Source: Chrysomallon squamiferum
Taxonomy: Eukaryota; Animalia; Mollusca
Direction: 5' to 3'
DNA: 64,000 bases
Assembly: GCA_012295275.1 (NCBI GenBank)
Contig: CM022679.1
Span: forward strand, 28,892,001 to 28,956,000
Shown: one piece after another, positions 39,340-53,072 of the stretch
Layout of the letters: each line of letters begins with the position of its first letter
Position numbering within the stretch: position 1 is the first letter of the stretch
The notes under the pieces: generated by a model
Database searches by the model: none
What the model was told of the DNA's origin: nothing
The model's input: the letters and a program-made list of their open reading frames with translations, nothing else
Position numbers and translations under genes: made by a program

Positions 39340-40025
39340 AATAATAATAATAATAATTATAATGTAACTAAAAAATGTTTCTTTTCTTATAGCTAGAGGA
39401 AACCATTATGATATATTATGAGAAACTGTAAAACATTTGAAAATTTTCTTTTGATAAATACTGAAATTTATTTTTAATATAAACACACAATGTATTTGAT
39501 TTAACACTTCATAGAGCCATATCTAATTACATTAATTGTATAGCTGTTTTATATTAAATTACAATAAATATTACATTTTGAATTATAATGTGTTAAATAT
39601 TTTGTAATTTACTGTTTTTGATATAACTTCATGTATGTATCTAATTACATCAAGTTATAATATATTAAATTTCAATAAATATTACATTTTGTATTACATC
39701 ATATAATGTGTTAAATATTTCATAACTGATAATGCTAAAACACCACATATAAATAATTTCAGAATGTTTATAGTTTGAATGTTTATATATTGAATTTTAA
39801 GTAAACATTACATTGTATTGTGTCTGTCTCGTAATTTACTGGGGTTTTTTTCAGAATCTGTCGGAGAGTTTTAATCCAGCAATACGTCAGGTTATAGCTT
39901 GTGGTAAAGCATATCACAAAGCTCTCAATGGTGAGCAGATGTTAAATAATAATAGTTTGTGTGTGTGTGCGTGCATGTGTGTGTGTGTCTGTCTGTGTGT
40001 GTGTCTTTGTGTGTGTGTGTGCGTG

Positions 40026-40063
<38 letters not shown>

Positions 40064-40276
40064 TTTGTGTGTGTGTGTGTGTGAGAGTATGTATCTCTGC
40101 ATCTGTGTTATATATATGTTAGTATGTGTTTATGTGTGTGTGTCTGCATCTCTGTTGTATGTATATTAGTATGTGTATGTATGTGCATATGTGCATATGT
40201 ATGTGTATATATTTTAAGTTTTGTATATATGTGTATGTCGGTCTGCATCTGTGTTGTGTGTGTGTATGTATATGTA

Positions 40277-40331
<55 letters not shown>

Positions 40332-43300
40332 TTCATCTATGTATGTATATAAATTTTATGGATGTTTGTATATAATGTGCACGTTATATTCCTTTTGAAT
40401 ATTTGGATGATATTAAAAAATGTACATACTTAGATAATTATGTTTTATATAAATAAATGGAAATCATATTTCCTCTAAAAACTTTATATGATAAAAATTA
40501 TTATTTAATGATGTTATTAAATCATATAAAGTTTAATTTTAACTCCAGTTTGTATTTAATCATTGATTGACATAAATAGTTAATGACAGAAAATTAATCA
40601 GATGTTAAATACCCATAAAAAAGCTTGTCAGATATTTGAAACCTCTTAACCGATAAAAAAAAAATATGAATCACAGTTTTCTTTTAATATTTTAAAATAA
40701 AATGATTTTATTTTTTAAAATATTTTTAAATAAAACATAAATCAATGTTTTTTTGTTTTTTAAATATATTTTTAACTAAAGTTAATCTATTTGTTTTTTT
40801 CAGATTTTTTCAAATAACATAATTCAGTATTTTGTCTTGTCTTTTGTTGTTTTTGTTTATTTTAAAATAAATCAAAAAAAAATTATACATATTTTTAAAT
40901 GTCATAAATCAGTTTTTCTTCAGTATTTTTAACTTAAATTAATAAAAACAAAATGTATTTTTTTTGTTTTTTTTTATATTTTTTAATATCATAAATCAAT
41001 GTTTTCTTTCTGTGTTTTTAAAAAAATTAAATCTTTATAATAATCTTTGATACCTTTAATGAAAATAAACTGTAAGGTTCAAATTGATCCATTTCTACTT
41101 ATATTATTTTTGAATGATTTTTCTTTCAGCTGTGTCTGCCCCGGCTAAGTCATTTATAGAGTCGTTGGCCAAGGCTGGACACAATGGTCAGAGAATGGGC
41201 AAGGGTGGTACAGAGGAGCTGGGTAATAGTTTGTGATATTTAAACTGACCAGTCAAATTTGATATGTGTCACATGGGTCATTTTTGTCATGTTTCCATCA
41301 GAAAACAATAAGATACATCTTCTCATCATAATCCTGTTTCTGTGCTTAGATTTTCAGTAAAGTAAAAATGCATGGTTTTGTTAAGAGTTTTATTATTTTG
41401 GTCAAAAATTGCTGGTGAAAGCTTTTGAGATATTTAGTATTTTCGTTTTTTTGATATTATTTTTTATTAAAATATTTTGATCCTTTGTTAAGTATTATTA
41501 ATTTAGTTTTATTTTATTTGTGAATGAAAAGTTTGTATTGATACTGTGTTATCAGTTTATATTTAGTTACATATATATTTATTTGTTTGTTTATTTATTT
41601 ATTTACCTTCAGTTTTTTAATTTATCTTATGTTTAGGTGCTTCTATTTTGAGGATTGCAGAGATTCAAAAAGAAATGCATTCAAAGTTTGAGGAATTTGT
41701 AAGTTTTCATAACAAGACAAAACCATCACCAAATTAATTAACAGTTTTAATACATAAGTATCATAGCAGGAAAGCCACATTTTTGCCCTATGCCTGATAA
41801 AATAACTGTGGTCAATAAAAATTCCTTTTTCCATAATGTATTGTTAGATATTCTCAATAGCTAACTGTTCTGCCACTAATGCAAATGTTAATGAAACAGC
41901 AGCAGTGATAATTAACTTCAGAACAAAGGTATTGTCAAATATGATTTCAAATCAGATCAGCTTTATAATTAGCCATATTATCAGTGAGTGTCACAGTTCA
42001 GCTGGGTAAATGAACTATTACTAACAGAAAAGATATAAAGTAATAGTATGACAAGTTGATTAATATATTAAATGAGTTTTATTTATTTATTTATTTTTTA
42101 TTTTTTGTTATTTTATAAATCATACAAAAGGCCTGAAAAAGTAAAACATTAAAAAAAACCAAAACAATGCCACCCAAAAACATTAATTATTCACTTAAAT
42201 GTGTTTTGTTTCATGTCTCTGAATTATTTCTTTTATTGTCTAAGTTACTAAAAAAAAGTCTTCAGTGTTTATCATGTTTATAAAAATGTTTAATTTTAAA
42301 ATTAATTTCACGTTCCAGACTCGTGCTCTTTTCTCGGAGTTGATCATTCCACTGGAGAATAGACTGGATAATGATTTCAAAAATGCTTCAGTTAGTATCA
42401 GTAATAATATTTCTTAACAATTCTTGATGGTTTTGATTTAAATGATGTCTTCTGTACAATTAAACAATCTCATTTTATTATTATCATACACTTAATTTAT
42501 AGCAAAGACTAATCTTCAATACAAATATAATAATGACTTCAAAATGGACAAAGTATATTTTGATTGTGCAGTTTAAATTAAAAAAATAAAACCCCAAAAT
42601 AAAAAATAAAAACCACAAAAAGACCCTCCACAAATCAAAAACAAAATAAAGCAAGAGCAAAATGAAAAAGTATAAAAAGTATAAAAAGATTTACATGAAT
42701 CTGTAGTTTAATTTGTTTACTTTTAGGCAGAGCACAGGAAGTACCTGCAGGGTCACAAGGGTTTTCTCTCCCCGTACATCAAGTCAAACGAAGCCTTGAA
42801 AAAATTTCAGAAAAAAAGTAAATCAAAGAGAAATTTTGATGAACAGAAAGAGTCGCAGGTAATTACTTCTTTTACCTTAAATAACAAAGTAAATGGAAGA
42901 TATTTGTAGCTCTAGTTTTCAAAAGCAGGTTTTAATTGTTTATGAAAATTGTTTAAGTTTTTGATCTTTTCTCCAATATATTTACTGCTGGAAATAAATA
43001 AATAGTAAAATTTTTACAATATTTTTTCTATGCCTTTCAATCAGGATAGTTGTGATTTGAATTGCAGGACTTGTTACAGGCACAAAATAAACAATAATTG
43101 GTCAGGTTTGTGTTTATTTCAAGTCCAGATCTTTCTTAATATTATAATAGTAACTTAAAATATATATTGACTTTTTTATTGTTGCTGAATCTCAATTACA
43201 GTTTATTTATTGTTTTTGTTACTATCTTTTTCTTTCGTTTTTAATTAAAAAAAAAGTTTAGCATGATATAGCGACTTCAGTGTTTTATCTTCAGTTTCCT

Positions 43301-43514
43301 TCCAGTTTGTTTATAAAAATAAAATAAAATAAAAATAAAAATAAAAATAAATGTTTCTGTTTCTTTTCAGTATGTGAAAGCTGCAGCAAAGTGCAAAGAA
43401 AAACTTGATGAGTTTCGTATTCAGGGACTAAAATTAGTGAGTAAAATATTTTCTATCTGTTGAAATATTTACATAGTTAATAACCATTTGTATTTTCTGT
43501 CTTTTTTATATGTG

Positions 43515-43601
<87 letters not shown>

Positions 43602-45925
43602 TTCTTTTTTTTTTGTTTGGTTAACTCTCTTTCTTTGTCTGTCTATTGCTGTCCTTTTTTCTCCCTCCGTCCCTGTCTGTCTGTATTTCTCTGTGTCTGT
43701 CTTTGTCAAATATTAACAATAATTCACAAACTACTTGCCAGGCTTTGCTGGAAGAAAGAAAATACTACTGCTACTTGCTTGATCGGTTGTCATCTCTATG
43801 TATGTTCCAGGCTACTTACTGTAAAAGGGTAGGCAACATTTTTTATTTGTAATTTGCTCTTTTCTCTTACTGATAAATGAAGTGTTGTTCTGCATGTGTT
43901 GTTAGTGAGTAATTGTTTCACCTTGGTGGTTTTTTGGTTAATAGAGAAAATTAATCACTAAAAAAATGGAATTTATGGTTAAGAATTAAATAAAATAATG
44001 AAATATTTGTTAACAACACCTCAGTATAATTATATGCAAAATATTTGATATTCGATAGGTGATGATAGAAAAAAAAATGAAACTTTTACAGTTGTGTTGT
44101 TAACAAGCGTTTTATTCACTGATCATTTTTCATTTTTTGAGGTGATGTTAACCAAATTTTGTCCCAATCCTTCCTTCCTTCCAGTCTTCCTTTTATCTTC
44201 CCTCCTTTTGTCTATCCTTTATTCCTACACAGCTATTAAATGTCCTGAGTTTCTGACCTAAGAAATAATCTGACAAGAACCATGTTAAAATAATTTAAAT
44301 CTTAACATAGTACTTGGTACAATGACAAAGTTTTATTTGTTTTAACGAATCAAAGATCTGATTTTGTTTCTGTTGTTGTGTTTTTCTTTCAGGGATGTTT
44401 TCCACATGGAATGGTGCAGTGTCTACACTGAACAAATAGTTTAGTTGTAGTTACATTCATTATTAACATAGCATAACATTATTAATTTGACCTGTTCTCT
44501 CATCTGATTAAACTTTTCTTGACTGCGTTTGTTACATTCTGTACATCTAAAATCTGTATTGCGTCTTAATAAATATGAAGATTTGAGTGTGTGTGTGTGT
44601 GTGTGCCAGAATGTGTAAATGAACACATGCATGTATGTGAATGTGTATGTGCATATGTGTGTGTTTCTGTGAATGTTTATGAATCTGCTTGTACTTGTGT
44701 TTACACATGTTACATAATAATGAATTTCAACACAGTAAGGTGTTAATAACTGTCAGAAAAAGCTTATAATCACTAGAGGCTCATCCACTGAAATGAATAA
44801 ATGTCAATTCTGTGACTTTCTAACTTTTCCACTTACAAAAATAAATCTACATCACCACATCAGTTTTCGACACTTATGTATCCATTATGTACAAGAATAA
44901 TTTTACACCATTGTTAAGAAGTTCATTTTTGTAAAATTATTATTTAAAAATGTAACTGATTAAAAAATATTATTGGTACTAAGATATATATAAAGTAATT
45001 TAAATTTTATCTGAACATGCTATATGATATCAAAAATGGGAACATCCTCATTCTTTTCATATATGTATGTATGTATTTATGTATGTGTGTGTGTATGTAT
45101 GTATGTATGTATGTATCTAGGTAGGTATGTATGTATGTAGGTATTTTGTGGATGATCCTCTAACAATAACAACAGCAGAATTCTAAGACACAGATGCAAG
45201 TAATATGTTTCTAATCAAATAATGATGTGAGTTTGTGGATAACTTTCTTACAGTTAGTACATTTTGAGGTTAATTTTCAAGATAAAAACAAGACATTTTC
45301 ATGTTAATTATCTTTTTTACATAAATGTTTATATAACAATGCCATTTTTAAGTAACAAACTTTATCAGATGTTGTCATAGTTTGTTTCAAGTATACATTG
45401 CCTGCCATATAATTGTGGAAAATAGTAAATTTTATAACTTGTTTTTCAGTATGTTAATTAGGAAAATAATTTGGTTCCAGCTTTCAATTGATAAAAATTT
45501 GTGTTGTAAATTTTTTATATTGATTATAATCTTCATGTAAGACCAGTATAATTACTAAACACTGACATAACACGAGTCTAAGACTGCACAGCACATTTGT
45601 TTATTTAGTTAGTTATTTGTTTGTATTGTTTGTTTATTTTTTTTTTCTCAGTTTGTTTTTGTTTATTTACTTATTTATTTCTCTAGTTTTATAATTTGTT
45701 TATTTGTTTTATTTGTTGCACATAATTGTTTTTAATTTCATTTATTTAGCAAATTTCATTAATTATTTATTATTATCATATTTTTATGTTGTTGTAGTTG
45801 TTGCTGTTGCTGTTGTTTTATTCTTAGTTTTAAAATATTTTCACAAACTAATTTGCAACAGCTTTCAGCTAAAATTATTACAGTTGTGTAAAAGCTTAAA
45901 AACTGCACTTGCCAGCGCGCGCATT

Positions 45926-46021
<96 letters not shown>

Positions 46022-46916
46022 GGGGGGGAGGGGGCACTCAGTTTGTGTAGATTTTGTAACTGAGAAGCTTTTTTCACAATTTAAACAGTTACAATAGACA
46101 TTTCACACTGGGATGTCAGGTACTAAATTCTAACTTGCTCAGAGTGAGTCACACATTAGTTGCTTTCTGTAGCTAAAATCTAGGACACTCTTTTACATTA
46201 TTAGTAAGTCCTTTTAGGACCAAAGAAGAAAATAAATGAACAAACAAACAAACAAAACAAAGATATAAATAAAATTTTATATTAACAAGATGATTTTGAG
46301 GTAAATGATTCTTAAAATAATTATGTGGTGAGAAAAATCAGTATATCAATAAAACCATCTTTATTGAAATTAATTTGGTTGAATAAATTAAAGAATATAC
46401 TAATACTTTATTTGAATCCATGAATTTTGTAATTAATCATTGACATATATTTGACTATTTACACTTCAAAAGTGTTCAAAAATATTTATTTTCCAGTTAA
46501 AAACACTATATTACAATTATTAAATTTGTAAGCTAATATTTTAAAATAATTATTTTATTATACAGAAATGATTGTTACATCTCAGTGTTTCTTACAGATT
46601 TTGTTGCAGGTGTTCATTTTATTTTAATAATGTTTTACAGGGGTTTGACATGTTGATGCCACACCTCTCTGAGTGGAAACAGTTGAGTTGTCAACCTCAC
46701 ATACTTCCCAGAGCAGCAGACAGCTTCCTTCGGCCAATCGTAAGTGAGCTCTATGTGACCCAGCCAATCATAACTGTTTATTTTCTGACCAATCATAAAT
46801 TGCCTGTGATAGTCTAACCAATCATCAATCATCTCTAATAATCTGACCAGACTTAAAGCAGTTTACCTTCTGACCAGTTATATCTTATTTAATTGTCCAG
46901 TATAAATATGCCAGTA

Positions 46917-46993
<77 letters not shown>

Positions 46994-48900
46994 TTTTTTA
47001 TATTATTAAAATATTAGTATTTTTAACATTAATATTATTATGATTATTATTATTTATATTTTTAATATTATTATTACTCTTTTTTTTAATGTTTCAACAC
47101 ATAATTTTAATTCAGGATGATGGATCTGAACACACTATGAACTCTCCTGACCCATTCAGACAGCACAACGGCTTCGGCTACCCAGGCCAGACGTCTACGT
47201 ACAGCAGTCCATCGCGCAGGCCACTGTCTCAACACGAGGTGTTGCGCTACACAACAAAGGGAGACTATGCAGTACCAGCAGGTGTTTTGGTTGGACAGAG
47301 TTAGTTTCTCTTGCATTGCAATTTAAAAATTCAGTTGAAAAAGCACTGACTTAATAACCACAGTAAAGTGTTGCTTGCTATGGATGTTTAAAGAAAGAGC
47401 TTATTAGGAACACTGAACAAGAATACATACTGACATTGTGTTGAGATACGATATAACATGTTTTGAAAAATGTGTTTTATTTTGTTACGTGTAAATCTCA
47501 TACGTGAACCAAACCTGTTCTTAAGTTCAGCTTGATATTTAGGGAGTTGTTTAACTGATGAAGAAAGAAATGACATGTTAGTTACAGCTTCTTGAATATG
47601 GTGACAGCACTGTAAATAATTTAGTGCAGGATATATCTGCCATCAGTTATTTCAGAAGCTTTTTGGTTGACAGTTGTTGATTCTAGTCCCTCTTTATATT
47701 TACATATTTTTATATACAAGTATCCATTTATTTTATTTTGTCATTTTAAAAGTAACAGACCAACAGTAGTATTAAATCTATTTTTCACAGTTATATTTAT
47801 TTTGTTTGATCCTGTTACATGTGTGTAAATATAATTTTATTTGATGACACCATGCTTACTAATGTAACAATCGAAAGAAGAAGCTTTGGCTTCTACTCCA
47901 AAGTCCCCAATGTGTCTAAGGATAGTTTAACAAAATAATCCGTCTTTGTATAATCTACCTGTTTTGTTTACAGGTATGACTTTGCCCAGGTCAATGCCAG
48001 CAAGCGTCCCCCCGCAGGGACCATTGGTGCGGGCGTTGTACTCCCACACCGGCACCACTGACAACCAGCTGTCCTTCTCAGACGGGGACATGATCACACT
48101 GATTGGAGAAAAAGCAGACGGATGGCAGTATGGCTTCAATGCTAGGAACGGAAAGTGAGTCAGCTCAGTTCTGAATTATCAACAACAACAACAATAACAA
48201 TAACTGTACAAATAATATAGTAATAACAACAGCTGCAATAACAATAATAATACTAATAATAATAGTAATAACACTAATAACAATCACAAATAATAATAAT
48301 AATAATAATAACAATAACAATTATAACAACAACAATAATAATGAACAATGCTAACAATAAAAAGTCTAAGGCGGTTGACAGTAAATTTTGAAATAATAAA
48401 ATTAAATGAATGAAAAATAATTACATTAATTGTTTTGAAAAGAAAAAAGTCTTTAATTATTTATTTTTTTGAAGTATGTTTTAATGTGAAAATATGTTTA
48501 TAATGTGATTCATCTTGACAATTGTTGAATGGAAATTATTTTTCATTTGTCATTTCATAATAATACAGAAGATTACTGTATATTATTTTATAAAAATTTG
48601 AATTTATTTATTTATTTTGTTGTTATTATTTTTGTGTTTTTCAGGTTTGGGTGGTTTCCTCTCTCTTTCACTGAAGATTCTGAGGCCAGTGACCTTGACT
48701 CTAGCCAGTCTCAGGGGTGAGAAATTAGATTAGAAAACTGAGTCAGAAATACTCAACAGACCCTGGAAAACAAACCTGACTGACATCAGCATAAAGAAAT
48801 AAGTTTATTTTGTTTTCATCCTGCCCAAAAAAGTGTGCAGATCATTTAAAAATATGTTTTATATATATATATATATATATACTACTAATGATAATAATAT

Positions 48901-48947
<47 letters not shown>

Positions 48948-49741
48948 TCCCCCTACTTTTCTTTAGAAATGGATTTTCCCTCATTTATGTTTACAAAAAG
49001 AAAAAATACTACTATTACTACTACTACTAATAATAATAAAATTTATTTTTGTTTTTATGAAGTAAAAAAAAAAATCTGGATTAATTATTTTCAGACTTCA
49101 CCATCGGGCCAAAAGTATTGGTGACCTGATTGATGCGAGATCTGAAGCCAGTTTTTATTCGTACGACACTGACGTCCCAGGCAACAGTCGACGCCCACGT
49201 TCCCTGTATGAGAGCTCGGGAATGAGACTGGCTCAGTCTGGACAGGTGTGTATCATAATAACAAGACAATAACACTAACGATGTAACGATAATAATATAA
49301 TAACAAATTTACAACAATAATAGTGTGTTCAGATCTGCCATCCTAAATTAGAATTAGTTATACATTAATGATTATCTTAATAAAAATTAGTAAATTAATG
49401 ATAATAAAGATGATGGTGATAATAAAATGATAATGACTGTTAGTTGCACACAGCAGTTACAAAATGTGTTAAATATTCATTATTTTATTTATAAGTTCAT
49501 TCAGTCATATTGAACAATAATATTTATTTAATTTACATGTTTTTTCATTTCATTATCTTTTTCTTATACACATGCACACCACATGTGTATTTTAAATCTG
49601 ATAATATTAGTTTTTGTCAGGAGGTTAAGTTTAATTTTTTATTTTTTTAACATACCATAACCACTAACAGTGTGCATGTGTATTTGTTTGTGTGTGTATG
49701 TATGTGTGTGTCTGTCTGTCTGTGTGTGAGTGTGACTGTTT

Positions 49742-49773
<32 letters not shown>

Positions 49774-52700
49774 ATGGTTTTCACACATAACTTGTAGAAT
49801 TTCATCTTTACATTATTAATCATTTGCTTGGCCTGTGAGACTGTGTTAACTGCAGAAACTAAAAACGTTATTAAACTGAGATTCAAACAGTAGACTGGAC
49901 ATTTCAGCAGTGGATGAGTTCTCCCAGACTTGATGATTCGTTTGCCTTCAACAACAGCATGGACACTGCTGCTGTTGGCAACTGCCCTGGTGGCTACCCA
50001 CCACCACCTCCACCACCTCCCCCTGCACCACAGGATATCTATCAGACACTGCCTGATGCTATTTATGACAGGCAGCAGGTAAATAGTACAGGAAGTGATG
50101 TCATTTTGCATCATGTGACCTGTTCTGGCATTGTGATTGGCCACGTGTTTGTTGTTTTGCTTTGGTTTTGTTTTGTGAGAGGACAGTTTGCTAAATGACT
50201 GCAGCAGGTTTGTACCCACTGATAAAAGAGCTGTCATGTGACTCTTTCTGGCTTTTTGATTGGCCAGCTGGACCTGCGTTAGTGTTGTTTGCTTCTATCT
50301 CGTGTTGTGCTGTAATGAAACAGGTTTCAAGTTGAATGCTGGTTACTAACATGCTCATTGTTGAAGTATTTACATTACTAACCAGACTTTCCTTGGAAAG
50401 ATTCAGATATATGTTTCATAAAATGGAGATACTGGAGAATCAGTAAACATTGGGATGTGCAGGTTGCATGGTTGTGTGAGTTTCAAAGCATGCATGTGTT
50501 CTTGGTTCAGTAACATCTTTTTAATGTGAATTTCTGTGCACTTGTTTTAAATCACTAGTCAGTTACTACTTCAGTGACTGAGTCTTGATGAATGATTCTC
50601 TCTAAAACATGATTACTATGTAAAAAATATGTTTTACATTACCATTTACAAACAGATCCTACATGAAAGCAGTTTATGGATTTTTAACAGAATGTTACTG
50701 GAGCATGCTTTTCCTGTTCCAGCCAATAATCATTCAATGATCAAATGTAAATACAAGGGATAATCTTGAGCCTAAATGTAATCCTTTTGGACTCATGTGA
50801 CCTAATATACTAACCTTGTGGTATTTTGTCATTCAAAATATCAAAACAGAACTTACAGTTTAACTGAACTTACTAAAGTAATTATCATATCAATATATCA
50901 TTTAATATTTGTCAACAGAATTGGGGGTGTCATTTGGGTCCTTCACTTCATCAACCCACATTTTGAAAAATTACAAATTAACAATCACAAAACTTTTTCT
51001 TTCAGAATTTTTAGTTATGAGAGAAGAAAGCAATCAGTAAATGTAAAATTTTAATTACAATTTGCATATTTCTGGGGTGTTTTGTTTTTAAATTTGGTTG
51101 AATTCTATAAAAACAAATTTAAAATAAGTTTGTCATTATAATAGATTTGCACTTTATTATTTTTAACAATATGTGTGACCAGTTTCCATGAAAGTACAGT
51201 AGTAAAGCTGTAAAATAAAAAATAAAACAGAATAAGAAAATATACATAATATATATAAATAAAAATAAATTAAAACAATAATCTTGATTCTTTCTGAAAC
51301 TGAAAAGTTGGAGATGCTGGAACTTGTCACAGAAAATGGTCACATTTATTATTTCACATATGAAATCCTCTGTCTTATTGTTTTATTTATGCTTATGATA
51401 TTATACAGTTTATTTGATTTGTTTGTTCTTAAGATATTTAAACTGTTTTTGTTGTCTCTGGTTCTCTATGAAAATTGTTTTCACTTCTGAAACTTTAGGA
51501 TTGTTTATTTTATACATATACATATATATATATATCTATCTATATATATATATATAATCAGACTTGCACCTCTTTATATATACAGTACTGCACTTTTCTC
51601 TTTGTTTCCTGATCTTTTTGTTAATTATTTCTCTGCAGTATTTATGTGCATGTGAACTTGTCAGTGTTTGAAAATATTAGAAACATATTACTTGTCTGAA
51701 AACAAAATTATAAATATATTTAAAACCATACAATGCTAATAAAAAAACTTTTCATTATTAACATTTGAAATATATTTAACATTTTAATATATTTAGTATA
51801 CATTTCCATTAAATAGTATGTAAAGTATTTATTTTAATATTTAAGATAGTAATTTACTTTTTAACATAAAATTTAATTTTTCCTTTACTCTCTTTTATAT
51901 GCAAATATAAATTGGCAATAAATAAAAAAAATAAAATAAAATAAATAAATAAATCACATAATATCAAACCTAAATGAGAATATAAATCATAACTGTAAAG
52001 ACAATAACAAATAATTATTAAATGATATAAAATGATATATCAGCCGCAGTTTTCATCTTTCTTCTAGCAGTTGCAAAATGGACGACATGAAAATTTGCCC
52101 CTTCTGAACTTATCTATGCCAGGAAATCATTTCATGCATGCCTCTTTTCCTCCTGCACACCCATCTTACCCACCCCCATCTCCACCCCTGCCACCCCCAC
52201 CCCCACCTATAGCTCCCCAGTCAGACTATTCTTCACAGTCGGTCACACCCATGTCGACTCCTAGCACCCTCACTCGATCTCCAAGCATCCGTTCGTGCAT
52301 CACGTCATCAGTGAGTACACCCCCCTACCCCCACCTTGTCACGCAGCCCCAGCGTCAGGTCACTGTACTACCTGGCCGAGCCAGACACGCCCCAGCTCCA
52401 GCGTAAACTCAGCACCAGATCTTACCACCCTTCTGTGAACACAGGCCCCACCCTGCAGCCCGAGGCCAGACCCCGATCTCAAAGTCAGTCGCGACCGAAG
52501 GACTACAAAAGGTCCAGATCTGCAGGTCGCATTCCCGACAGCAGGATGAAGTCGAGAAAGCCCCCTCCACTGCCCAGAAACCCACCTCCCTCTCTTCCTC
52601 CCCCTGTAGCTAGATCTTTCAGTATGCACAGTTTTTCATCTGTTTGCACCGCTTTGTCTCAGAATCCGCAGAGAATCTCGGACCAGAGGGACAGGACCAT

Positions 52701-52853
52701 GGGCGCGGTCACAGTCCCAACATCCCCCCGCCTCTTCCCCCAGACCACGCAGACGATGCTTCAGACCTGCCTCCACCCCCGCCGAGCTGACTACGGACAT
52801 GATGACAGGTGAATCAGGTTTTAATCAAATAAATTTTAGCTTTTACAATAAAA

Positions 52854-52901
<48 letters not shown>

Positions 52902-53032
52902 ATATAAATATAAGTGTGTTTGTGTGTAATATAATTACTTATTTGCAAAGCATTTTTACAAATTTTCCTCAATAATTAAAATAAAAATAAATATTTATAG
53001 TGAAAAATATTAATGTTTGTGTGCATGAACAT

Positions 53033-53072
<40 letters not shown>

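Noticed and set aside
39914-46097. VCVC, HTHT, SLSL and RERE ORFs
   Set aside because: They are translations of dinucleotide microsatellites.
49647-50237. 196-aa minus-strand ORF
   Set aside because: It is an antisense shadow of BAIAP2-like exon 14 plus a TG repeat, with no recognisable protein features.
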